Source of the DNA: an uncultured Gemmatimonadota bacterium
Lineage (GTDB): Bacteria > Latescibacterota > UBA2968 > UBA8231
NCBI GenBank assembly: GCA_903893785.1
Contig: CAITNQ010000344.1
Coordinates: 3,451 to 67,450, forward strand
Direction of reading: 5' to 3'
DNA length: 64,000 nt
In this document: piece by piece, positions 18,570-29,200 of the stretch
Layout of the letters: the number at the start of each line of letters is the position of its first letter
Position numbering within the stretch: the first letter of the stretch is position 1
Translations under genes and position numbers: made by a program
The notes under the pieces: generated by a model
Database searches by the model: none
Told to the model about the DNA's origin: nothing
What the model saw: the letters and a program-made list of their open reading frames with translations, nothing else

Positions 18570-20678
18570 ATGCATGCCTTCTTTCACCTGGCCCGCAGCG
18601 CCCCCCCAAGAACGTCACCCGGCGTACCTGAGCGCGCGCCGGGCGACGCCACGGGACATTGGCGCGCTGCCCGGTGTCGACCACCCCTTGGGCCGGCCGG
18701 CGGCGCGTCCCTCCTCTGCCGCCGCCGCATTGCGCGGCCATGGTCGCTGCTCCTGGCGGCGTGGCTGCTCGGTGCCACCCAGAGCGTTCTCGGCCTGACC
18801 AGTTACACCGACCCGGTCGGTTACCCGGCCGCGTGGCCCACCGAACTGACCGCCGGTGCGTATACGGCCCACGGCGTACCGATGATCGACCTGACCGGCC
18901 GGGCCGATGCGTCGGCCGGCGCCAACCCGTCGGGCAGCGTTGACTTCTCCTCCGGGCCCGCCAACGACCAGCCCAGTTTCTGCTACTACGGGAACGGGAC
19001 CATCCTCTTCTTCCGCCTGCGCATTGATGGCTATCCCCTGGCTCTGACCGGCTCGGGCCAGCCCTTTGGCTCGATCACGCACAACGTGCTCTTCGACACT
19101 GACGGAGACGGGTTCAAGGAGTTCCTGGTCATGCTCGACGGCACGTCGGCCGGGCCCCAACCCGATGACATCGTCGTGGTGTACGAAAACGTGGCATCGC
19201 AGTCTTGGAGCACTACGCAGGTCGGTGTCTGGCGACAGGATTGCGCCGGTGCCTCTGACGGGCAGGACGGCTCGGCGGGCACCAGCGCCAGTTGGGATAC
19301 GAACGCCGACGCCTGGATCTGGGACTTCGGTCGCGTGCGGGTCACGCAGATCGATCGCGCCAAAGACCCCGGCAAGGGCCAGGAATTCTGGCTGGACCTG
19401 CAGGTGCCGCTGGTGGCCTTCGATGCCACCGCCATCGGTGGCCCCACGTTGGCCTCCATCGGCCTGTTCACCCTGGCGGCTACCAGCAGCAACAGCAACA
19501 CCGACCCGACGCAGAAGGACCTGCTGTACAACGGCAGCATTGCCTTGGCCAACGTCGCGCTGCCCGGGGGCGACCTCACCAACCGGACCGGCACCATCCT
19601 GCTGTCACCCGCGATCACCGCGGTGACGACCACGGCGTGCCCCTCGCCGATCACCGTTCACGCCACGGTCGTCGACGCCACGTCCGTCGACCCGGCCACC
19701 AAACTCGCCAAGGACACCATCGCGTCGGTTCGCTTCCAGGCGTACTACGACGCCAATGCCAACGGCACGGCCGACGACACCGGCCAGACCTGGAACGACA
19801 TCGGCACCGGCGTGGCCAGCGCCACGCTGGGGCTGTGGAGCTGCAGTTGGCCCGTGGGCAGCCTGGTCAACGGCCGCTACTTGGTGCGCGCCATCGCCGT
19901 AGACGACGACGGCAACAGCACCACCTCCACCGAGCAGAGCAGCGCCGGTCTGGGGTCCATCAGCGCCACGTTCAACCACACCTGCTGCGCCGCGGCCGTC
20001 CTGACCCTGTCGGACAAGACCGTGAACGACATCAACGGCGGCGTTACGGCGCCCGGCGACACTCTGGCCTACACCATCACCCTGCGCAACCGCGGCGGCC
20101 TGGCTGCCACCAACGTGGCCGTGCGCGACACCTTGCCGGCCTATCTGAGCTATGTCAGCGGTACTGCCTCACCGGTGCCCACAGCCACCGCGCCGGCGCT
20201 GTACTGGAACGTCGGCACCTTGGATACGGCTGCCACAAAGCCGTACTCGTTCCGGGCTGTGGTGGCCGTGGCTACGCCAGATACCACCCGTCTGACCAAC
20301 CGTGCGACCATCACCTACACCTCCGGTAGCACCAGCGGTCTGGTGGTCCAGGTGACGGCTTCGCTGTCCGTGGCGCGGCCGGTGATCAGCTGCGCCAAAT
20401 CAGTCGATCGGGCCAGTGCCAGTCCCGGGGATACCCTGGTGTACACCCTGACCTACGCGAACCAGGGTTCCGCCGGCGCGACCTATGTCATCATCAGCGA
20501 CACCGTGCCTTCGCACACCTCTTATGTCCCGGGCAGTGTGACGCTGAACGGTGTCGCGCGAACCGACGTCGCCGACGCCGATGCGGTGACGGTGTCTGGG
20601 AGCAGCATATCCATCCATGTCGGTACCGTAGCCGCGGGTGCCACCGGCCAGGTGCTCTTCAGAGCGCGAGTCCAGTAA
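18570..20678 (+). CDS. Secreted DUF11 (conserved repeat domain) surface protein
   Basis: ORF 18570..20678. Signal-like segment RRRIARPWSLLLAAWLLGATQSVLG begins only about 50 aa in, so the start codon is uncertain. DUF11 signatures: APGDTLAYTITLRNRGGLAATNVAVRDTLPAYLSYVSGT and SPGDTLVYTLTYANQGSAGATYVIISDTVPSHTSYVPGS. Confidence 0.8.
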   Translation: MHAFFHLARSAPPRTSPGVPERAPGDATGHWRAARCRPPLGPAGGASLLCRRRIARPWSLLLAAWLLGATQSVLGLTSYTDPVGYPAAWPTELTAGAYTAHGVPMIDLTGRADASAGANPSGSVDFSSGPANDQPSFCYYGNGTILFFRLRIDGYPLALTGSGQPFGSITHNVLFDTDGDGFKEFLVMLDGTSAGPQPDDIVVVYENVASQSWSTTQVGVWRQDCAGASDGQDGSAGTSASWDTNADAWIWDFGRVRVTQIDRAKDPGKGQEFWLDLQVPLVAFDATAIGGPTLASIGLFTLAATSSNSNTDPTQKDLLYNGSIALANVALPGGDLTNRTGTILLSPAITAVTTTACPSPITVHATVVDATSVDPATKLAKDTIASVRFQAYYDANANGTADDTGQTWNDIGTGVASATLGLWSCSWPVGSLVNGRYLVRAIAVDDDGNSTTSTEQSSAGLGSISATFNHTCCAAAVLTLSDKTVNDINGGVTAPGDTLAYTITLRNRGGLAATNVAVRDTLPAYLSYVSGTASPVPTATAPALYWNVGTLDTAATKPYSFRAVVAVATPDTTRLTNRATITYTSGSTSGLVVQVTASLSVARPVISCAKSVDRASASPGDTLVYTLTYANQGSAGATYVIISDTVPSHTSYVPGSVTLNGVARTDVADADAVTVSGSSISIHVGTVAAGATGQVLFRARVQ

Positions 20679-20715
20679 CCGGCGATGCCACCGACCTCTT
20701 CCGAAAGGGAACTCG

Positions 20716-21327
20716 ATGGACCGAAATACGCCTCCCTGGCGGACGCACGTCAGAGCCCTGCTGAGTGCGATGCTGTTCGTTGGGACATACCTGGTCCCTG
20801 CCCACGGCGCGTTAGCACCAAGCGATCCGACACCGCCAACGGACGCCTCGCCGGTGTCGGTCGCGGTCACCGACGCTCTGGTCCTGGCCGCCGCGGACGC
20901 GCGTCAGGGCCAGCCCGGTCGCGACGCCCAAGGGCAGCTACTGGCACGCCCTGGCGATGTCATCGAATACATGCTGACGGCCCGCAACGACGGTACTGAC
21001 CCGGCCTTCGGCGTCGAGATGGTTAACCGGGTACCCCCTGGCACTCACTATGTGGGCGGCTCGGCGTTGGGCGCTCGTACCGTCATTGCATTCAGCATCG
21101 ATGGCGGCGCCACCTTCGGCGGCGAACCCATCCAGACAACCGAGCGCCGCGCCGACGGGAGCATCGGCAAACGCACAGCTGAACCGTCCGAGTACACGCA
21201 CGTGAAGTGGGTACTGCAGGGAGCGCTGCCGCCGCAACAACAAGCCAGGGCCGTGTTCCGCGTGCAGGTTGACCAAGCTGTGCCGCCGGTCGCCCCGCCG
21301 CCCGCGGCCACCGTCCCCAGACGCTGA
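20716..21327 (+). CDS. Small secreted single-DUF11-domain protein
   Basis: Part of ORF 20638..21327, from ATG 20716 (AAAGGGA upstream). Signal peptide MDRNTPPWRTHVRALLSAMLFVGTYLVPAHG. DUF11 signature RPGDVIEYMLTARNDGTDPAFGVEMVNRVPPGTHYVGGS. Confidence 0.75.
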   Translation: MDRNTPPWRTHVRALLSAMLFVGTYLVPAHGALAPSDPTPPTDASPVSVAVTDALVLAAADARQGQPGRDAQGQLLARPGDVIEYMLTARNDGTDPAFGVEMVNRVPPGTHYVGGSALGARTVIAFSIDGGATFGGEPIQTTERRADGSIGKRTAEPSEYTHVKWVLQGALPPQQQARAVFRVQVDQAVPPVAPPPAATVPRR

Positions 21328-21383
21328 GCGTTCAGCGCCAACCGTCTCGTGAACACGAAGGGAATGCTGCTACACCACTCCGG

Positions 21384-21410
21384 TCAGGCGACAGCAGGCC
21401 TGTCGCCTGA
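21384..21410 (+). other. Intercistronic stem-loop (11-bp perfect stem TCAGGCGACAG / CTGTCGCCTGA, 5-nt loop)
   Basis: Read directly. It is followed by the strong RBS AAGAGGAGGAGAG and ATG 21438. No T-tract follows, so it is more likely a processing or stability element than a terminator. Confidence 0.5.
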
Positions 21411-21437
21411 TCACCCAAAAAGAGGAGGAGAGCATCG

Positions 21438-23177
21438 ATGATTTCGCAACGAGCGCACCGCACGCGGTGGCTTCGGGTCTTGGGCCTACTGCTGGGCTTG
21501 GCCGGATCGGCCTGGGCGGCCGGTACGCCGGCCGGCACCACCATCAGCAACTTCGCCACTCTGACCTACAAGGACGGCAACGGCAATGCCCTGCCGGAGA
21601 TCACGTCGAACACGGTCAATACCGTGGTGTCACAGGTCGCCGGCGTCGACGTGACACCGGCCACTGCCAACGGCACGGTAGCCGGGGGCGGTTCGGTGAC
21701 CTTCGCCCTCACCGTGACGAACACCGGCAACGGGACCGACACGCTGTCGCTGTCCTACCCGAGCCTGAGCACGGGATGGGCTGGTCTGCTGTACCGCGAC
21801 CTGGACCGCAACGGTGTGCTGGCGACGGCCGAACAAGTCGAGGGCAACATCGTCAGCAGCGTTTCCCTGGCGGCCGATTCCTCGGCCTATGTGATCTTTT
21901 ACGTCACCGCGCCGCTGTCCGCGGTTGACCTGGCAGCCGAAGCGGTTACGGTCACGGCTACCTCCAAGTACAACAGCAGCACCAAGGATGCGGGGGTGTA
22001 CACGGCCAATGTGGCGACCGCTGGGTTGACGGTGAGCAAAGCCGCAAGCACGGCCAATCCCAAGCCCGGCGATGTCATCACCTACACCATCAGTACCCGC
22101 AGCACCGGCAGTGCCGCCGCGTACTCGGTGGTCATCAGCGACACCCTGCCGGCCAATGTCACGTACGTCTCCGGTTCGCTGCGTCTGGCCACCGGCGATA
22201 GCCCCCAATACGAGACGGCAACGTCGCTGAGCGATGCGTCGGACGCCGATCGGGGGGACTACGGCGGCACGAGCGGCAGCACCATCACGGTGAACTGGGG
22301 GAACTCCGTCTCGGGCGAGAAAGGCACCATCTACTTCCGCGTCCAGGTCAATTCCGCCGTCGCCGCTGGCACCACGATCGCCAACACTGCCACGGTCCGG
22401 TACCGCTCCACGCCCACCGGCACGCAGCAGCCGCCGGTACAGGGCGGGCCGGCCAGCAGCACGGTAGGCACCAAGGTGGGCCTGACCCTGTCCAGCAGTG
22501 CGTTGGCGCAGTCGGGCCAACCCTCGGACACGCTCAAGTACGCTTTCACCCTGACCAATGACACCAACGCCGGCGACAAGTACCAGTTCGGCAAAGCCTC
22601 CACCGGCAGCTACACCTCGGTCATCTGGAACGATGTCAATAACGACGGCATCGCCGGCAATGGCGGCGATGTGGCGCTCACCGACAGCGACAGCGACGGC
22701 CGGGTGGACACGGGCACCATTGCCTCGGGCACAGTGGTGCGGTTGCTGGTGGCCGTGGTGATACCGGCCGGGTCGGCGGATCTGGCAGAAGACATCACCA
22801 GCCTGACGGTCAAGTCGGCTACTGACAGCACGGTGACGGGCACCGTGACCCTGACGACCACGGTCCACGCGCCCGTGCTCTCCATTGTCAAATCCGTGTC
22901 GCCCACGGGCGCCCAGCCGCCGGGAACGGTCCTGACCTACACCGTCGTGATCACCAATGCCGGCCACGGCTCGGCCACGCAACTGCAGATGGTCGACATG
23001 ATCCCGACTAACACCACCTATCAGACCGGCACGATCACGGTCGACAGTGCCAGTCGCACCGACGCCGACGACTCGGATGAGGCCAAACTCCAGGGCGGCA
23101 GCAGCATCGTCGTCCAGTTTACCAGCGTCGCCGCCGGGGCGAGCAAGACGGTGGCTTTCCAGGTCAAGATCGACTGA
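21438..23177 (+). CDS. Secreted DUF11-repeat surface protein
   Basis: ORF 21438..23177. Signal peptide ..WLRVLGLLLGLAGSAWA. DUF11 signatures KPGDVITYTISTRSTGSAAAYSVVISDTLPANVTYVSGS and PPGTVLTYTVVITNAGHGSATQLQMVDMIPTNTTYQTGT. Confidence 0.85.
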   Translation: MISQRAHRTRWLRVLGLLLGLAGSAWAAGTPAGTTISNFATLTYKDGNGNALPEITSNTVNTVVSQVAGVDVTPATANGTVAGGGSVTFALTVTNTGNGTDTLSLSYPSLSTGWAGLLYRDLDRNGVLATAEQVEGNIVSSVSLAADSSAYVIFYVTAPLSAVDLAAEAVTVTATSKYNSSTKDAGVYTANVATAGLTVSKAASTANPKPGDVITYTISTRSTGSAAAYSVVISDTLPANVTYVSGSLRLATGDSPQYETATSLSDASDADRGDYGGTSGSTITVNWGNSVSGEKGTIYFRVQVNSAVAAGTTIANTATVRYRSTPTGTQQPPVQGGPASSTVGTKVGLTLSSSALAQSGQPSDTLKYAFTLTNDTNAGDKYQFGKASTGSYTSVIWNDVNNDGIAGNGGDVALTDSDSDGRVDTGTIASGTVVRLLVAVVIPAGSADLAEDITSLTVKSATDSTVTGTVTLTTTVHAPVLSIVKSVSPTGAQPPGTVLTYTVVITNAGHGSATQLQMVDMIPTNTTYQTGTITVDSASRTDADDSDEAKLQGGSSIVVQFTSVAAGASKTVAFQVKID

Positions 23178-23192
23178 TACGCACCAGGAGGC

Positions 23193-23222
23193 GGGGTCGC
23201 GGTGCGGTCGGACCGCGACCCC
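23193..23222 (+). other. Intercistronic stem-loop (11-bp perfect GC-rich stem GGGGTCGCGGT / ACCGCGACCCC, 8-nt loop); possible attenuating terminator
   Basis: Read directly. It starts 16 nt after the stop of 21438..23177 and lies 32 nt before ATG 23255. Confidence 0.5.
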
Positions 23223-23254
23223 ATCTCGGGTTCTGACTCACCGGAAAAACGGGT

Positions 23255-26200
23255 ATGCTCGGCAAACACTCACCCTGGTGTCTCCCTGCTCTGCTGACGG
23301 CCGGCTGGATGGCTGTCGTGGGGGCAGCGTTGCCGGCGCGGGCGCAGACGAGCCGGGTGGAGGCCATCACCAACCAGGTGAGTGTGACGGCGCGCGGCGC
23401 CGACGGTGTGCGTGTGGAGGCGTGGAGCAACCGCGTGTCCACCCTGCGACTCGACACGGCTACGGTGGCCACCGCTGAACCGCGCCGCCTCGACCAGCCC
23501 GCGCGCCTGCTTGGCGGCGAAGATCTCTCCATCGCCGTTACCGAGCCGGCCGCGGCGGCCGATCCAGTTCGCCCTGACACGTTAGTGGTAGTGGTGACGG
23601 ACGAGGCGACTGGCGAACGCGAACCGGTGGTCCTGGTGGAGACCGAGGCGAACTCGCACCAGTTCGCCGGCGTCCTGAGTACCTGGTACGGCGACGGGCC
23701 CAGCACTGACGGCGACGGCGTGCTTTGGGTTCGCGCGGGCGAGGTTCTGTTGACGCGCTCGCCGGCGCCGGCTACGCCCGAGCCCCTGCCGGAACTGACC
23801 GCCCGGACGCAGGTTGGCGGTACCTTGCTGGACCTGGTGCCCAACCCGGCCGTACTGGTGGCCAACGGCAGCGATACGGCCGTGCTCACCGCCACGGTCC
23901 GGGACGACACCGGCCGGCCGTTGCCCGACGGCTACCGGGTCGTCTTCACGGCCGAGCAGGGGCACTTCCCCTCAGGCGACCGCCGGGTCGAGGTCCAGAC
24001 CCGCGGAGGCAGCGGCCAGGCCGTGACCGTGTTTACCGCACCGGTGCTGGCAGCCAGCGATACGGTTCGCGTGCGGGCATCTTTTGGTGGCTACGACTCG
24101 GCCAACCTACGGTTGGAGGTGATCCCCGGCGCTGTCGCCGTACGCCTGTTCGACCAGCAACGCAACACCACGGTGACGGCCGAGGACACCAGCGTGGTAG
24201 CCGAGGTGGAGTTGTCGGGGACGACGGTTTCCGGCGAGCCAGTAACCGTGCGCGTGGCGCTCGACCGCAATGGCCTATTCCTGGTGCCGACCATCCCGCC
24301 GGGAAACTACTCCATGCGCGTGATCGTCACCGACCGTGCCACCGGCGTCACCGTGCTCGACGGCGCGGGGCAGCGCATCGATGTCCACGCCGATGGGTCG
24401 ACCACGCCGCCCAAGAATGTGGTCAGCGGTACGGTCCGCGGCCGCAGTGACACCGACGGGGCTCGCTACGCCGGCGCCACGGTGGCGCTGGTGGACGAGG
24501 CCGGTCGGGTGGTGGCTACCGCCAGTCTGGACGCCCAGGGGCGTTACGACTTCGAGGGCCTAGACCCCGGCGACTACACCGTGCGCGTCAACACGGTTGA
24601 GGGCGACGAGTTCACGGTGCCCGTGGCCCCCAACTGCCAGAGCCCCGGCGGCGTGGTGCTCAACGCCGACGTGCTCATCGATCCCTTTGGCCGCGTGTTC
24701 GATGCCGCCTCGCACCGGCCCGTTGCCGGGGCTTCCGTCGCCCTGCGCACGCTCGCCGGCGAAGTGCTGCCCATCCCCCTGCTGGCCGGTGACGGTGCCC
24801 GACCCAACATCAACAACGTCAACCCCTTCGTCAGCACCGAGGCGGGCCAGTATTCCTTCCTGTTCAGCGGTCGGCAGGTGGGAACAGTCGACAACCCCGC
24901 GCACTACCTGATGACGGTGACGCCACCGGCCGGTTCACCCTACCAGCCGCGCACGCTGCAGCTGGAAGTGGCGCCGGTGGCCGAGGGCTCGCTCACCATC
25001 CGGATGGGGGTGACGTCGGCTGATGGACTGCAGATATCGCCGGCGGACTCATACGCACTGACGGCGGATCCGGTGGTGATCCCGGACATTGCCACCGTGG
25101 CGGTTAACGTGCCCGCCTTCGCCCGTGTGCCGGTGTTGCGCCTGACCCACAGGGCTCAACCCGACACGGTCGGGCACGACAGCCTGGTTGCTTTTGAGTT
25201 GGTGATTGGTAACACGGGCAACGAGACAGCTCGCGACGTGGTCCTGGTCGATTCCGTGCGCGCCGCGCTGTCGGTGGTGGATGCTCCCGGCTGCGAGCGC
25301 CCGGTGGGTGCCGCGTCGCTGGCGCCAACGGACTCCTCCTTGCTGCACTGGCATCTGGGCGACCTGGCCCCGGGGCAGGTGGATACGCTGCATTTCGTGG
25401 CCCGGGCCCAGGGGAGCTGCGGCAGCGTTCCCAACCGCGTCTGGGTCGAGTCCAGCTCGGGGCTGGCCTTCCACGAAGAGGTGCGTGTCGTCCTGCGGTC
25501 CTGGGCCACGCCGGTAGTAACCAAGGCCAATACCACGCCCGACAGTCTCCTTGGCCAACTCGTGGACTACGAGATCGTCGTGCCACCCACGCCGGGAATT
25601 GCCGGCGATCTGACGGTTGTCGATCCGCTGCCACCGGAGCTGCAGCCTGACCTGACGCACACCTTCCCGGCACCCGCATACAATGCCACCGCTCACGCCC
25701 TGGTCTGGTCTGTTCCGGCGGCTGCCGACAGCGCCTGTCACTTCTTCTTGCGCGGCCGACCGCGAGCCGACCTGGCGCCTGGCGAGTGGCGGGTGAGCAA
25801 CACCGCCCAGGTGCGGTATGGCAGCACCGAGGTGTGGTCGAACGCGACCTACGGCAGGCTCGTGGTCCCCTACCTGGGGGTGGACAAGTCCGTCGACCTG
25901 AACAGCGTCGAGGTAGGCGATGTGGTTGGCTTCCGTCTGGTGGTCACCAACCACAGCGCCGCTGACAGTTTGTGCCAGGTCACGATCACGGACGATCTGC
26001 CCACTGGCTTCGGCCTGGTGCCCGGGTCTGCCCGTCTGGACTCCGCGGTGGCGGCGCCCGTCAGCCGGCGCCACGGCCAAGTGCTGTGGCGCCTGGGCGA
26101 CGTACCCGCCAGGCAGGCGCGCGTGCTGACCTATCTGGCGGTGGCAGGCGCAGGCAGCCCGGTCGCAACGGCATCGGCCGGAGCCACGGCCGCAGCCGTG

Positions 26201-29200
26201 ACCCCGGGCGGGTTGCCGTTGTCCGCCACGGCCTCGGCGCCCGGGCTGAAGGTTCGGGGTCCGGCTTTCGCCAGCGACGAGGCCATCCTTGGCCAGGTCT
26301 GGCTGGACAGCAATGGCAATGGCCTGCCCGACCCCAGCGAGGCGCCACTGGGCGGCGTGGTGCTGCTGAGCGCGGATGGCACCCGTGTCATTACCGACCC
26401 GCGCGGCCGCTATGCCTTGCCGCAGGCAGGTGCTGGCGACCACGTTCTGCGCCTGCTGCCGCCTTCCGGACCGGTCTCCTGGGCGCCAGCCAGCGGTGGC
26501 ACGCGGGCGGCCGGCGACCCGTGGACGCGTTGGGTGCAGGTGCCGGTGTCCGGTCTGGCCGTGGCCGACTTCCCCTGTGTGAGCGCCGGCCCGGGTCGGT
26601 TGGCGACGGTGTCTGTACCGGATGCTGACGTGGCTGCACCGGACCCTGCCGTGGCCCTGGCAGCCCCGCTGCCCATCCCGGCCGCGCCACCGGCGAGCGT
26701 TGGTGACACGGCCGCAACGGGCGCGACCGCGGCTTCGCTGGTCCCTCTGGCGCAGGCAACGCCGTCTGGCCCCGGGGCCGCGGGAGAGCGCCCCCGGGCA
26801 ATCGGCAGCGTGCACTTCGCCAGCGGCGCTGCGCACCTCGACGCCGCTGCCGTCGAGCGTCTGACCGCCCTTCTGCCGCTGCTCCGGGGTGCCCAGATCG
26901 ACTCGGTGCTCGTCACGGGTCACACCGACTCGATCCCCATCGGTCGCGCGCCGTTCGCCGACAACCAGGCGCTGTCAGTAGCCCGGGCCCGTGCCGTCGA
27001 AGGTTGGCTGGTGGCGCACGGCACCGACTCCACGCGCATCACCTCGGGTGGCTTGGGTGACGCGCTGCCCGTGGCGAGCAACCGCACATCCCGCGGCCGT
27101 CAGGCCAACCGGCGTGCCGAGATCGTGGCCGTGGCAGGGCACGTGGGCGTGGCGCCCGCACCGACCGGCGGTTCGGGCGGAGTGCCAACGGCCTTTGCGG
27201 CCCCTGCGGCCGGGGCCACCGCAGCGCCGCTGACGGCTGCGGCTGCCGCCAGCGCGCCGCGAATGCCCTCCGTGGTTGCCGGCGCCCCGACGTCGCCCAT
27301 GTCGGCCCCGGTTGCCGCCGCCGACGCGCGGGCAACTGGCGCCAATCGGCGAAACCCAGGCCAGGTCGAGGCTCCAAAGGCCGACAGTGGCGCTGTGGCC
27401 CCGGTAGTACCGTCGTCGTCGGCGCGGCGGCCGATCACCGCGCCCGTTCCACGCGTCCGGCGGCGGCCTCCCGGGGCCCTGGTGTGGATTCAGTCACCTG
27501 CCGACAGTTCCGTCAGCAGCCGCGACCGGCTGGCCGTCATTGCCGACGGCTTGGTTGGCGTGCCCATGCACCTGAGCCTGAACGGGCAGCTTCTTGCGAC
27601 ACAGACCGTACGCGCCGACGGCCGCGCCGATTTCCTCAACGTGCCGCTGCCGGCCGGCCCGGCGACCTTGGCCGTCACCCAGACCCTGGCCGGGGCCCGG
27701 GTCGTCAGCGACACGGTTCACGTCCACGTGGTGGGCGCCGCCGCCAAGGTCTGCGTCGAGGCCTCGCCGGCCCAGCTGCCCGCCGACAGCCTGTCGCGTG
27801 CCGAGGTGTGCGTGCAGGTCTTCGACGCCTGGGGCTTGCCGCTGGAAGACGGTCAGATGGTCACCCTGCACCTGGACCAAGGTTCCATCGTCACGCCGGA
27901 TCCCTATCCGGACGAGCCGGGGACCCAGGTGCCGTTACGCCGTGGCACGGCGGTGGTGCAGGTTCGGAGCCCGGCCACGGCGGGCCAGGGACGGCTGCAG
28001 GCCGAGGTCGGTGGTCTGACCGCCGAGACGCACCTGCATTACGCCACGCCTTACCAGAGGCTGGTGCTGCTGGGCTTGGCTTCGGTGCAGGCCGGCTGGC
28101 GATCGGGGCGATCCGCGGCACCGGGGGCAGAGGCGGCCCACCCGTCGTCCGGCGGGGGCTATGCCACCGGGAGGGCCGGCCTGTTCGCCAAGGGCATGGT
28201 CGCTCGAGGTGTGCTCCTGACCTCGTCCTACGACTCGCGGCGCCGGACCGAGCCGGCCCTGGGCCAACAGGTCGCACCCGAGCAGGGTTACCCTGTCCTG
28301 GGCGATGCCAGTTCGGTAATGTACCAGGCGCCCTCCGCCAGCCGGCTGTTCCTGCGCCTGGAGCGCGACCGTGATTTCGTCCAGTACGGCGATCTGGCCA
28401 CGGACCTGGGGCAGACGGAGCTGAACCTGTACCGGCGCGCCTTCACCGGCTGGTACCTGGGCCGTCAGCAGCGCGGGTACGGTTTGAGGGCGTTCGGCGC
28501 GCGCACGGCCCAGACGGCCCAGGTGGACCAGATCCCGGGCGAGGGGATCTCGGGCGCATACTACCTGTCAGCGGTCCAGCGCGGCGCCGGGGTGGTGGCT
28601 GGCAGCGAACACATCGTCATCCAGACGCGCGACCGACTGCATCCCGATGTGGTGCTTGCCGAGCAGACGCAGTATCGCTTCGTCGACTACGACATTGACT
28701 ACGCCCGGGGCACGCTGCTGTTCAAACAACCCGTACCCAGTCGCGCCCTGGGCGAGCAGCCGGTGTTCATCGTCGCGACCTACGAGGCCGACCGAGCTGT
28801 CCAGCAGCGTGCGGTGGCCGGCGGTCGCCTGGTACTGGGGCGTCGCGAGGCGTGGCAACTCGGTGGCACGGTGGTTGGCGAGCAGCGTGTGGGCGGCGAC
28901 TACCGGCTCAGCGGCCTGGACATCCGCGGCCCACTGGCTGGCAATACTGTGATCACCGGTGAGCTGTCCCGCGCTGGCGTCAACGGGTCTGGTTGGGCCT
29001 GGAAGGCCGCTGCCGAAGGCCGCCCGAGGCGCTGCCTCGGTTACGAAGTCAGTTACCGCGACGTCGGCCTGGACTTCGCGAACCCCAGCAGCGCTTCGGC
29101 GCGGGCGGGCACCCGGACCGCTCGGGGTCGGGCCAACTGGACTCCCTGGCGCGGCGCCAGTCTGACCGGCGAAGCCTTCGACACCCGCGACCAGGCCAAC

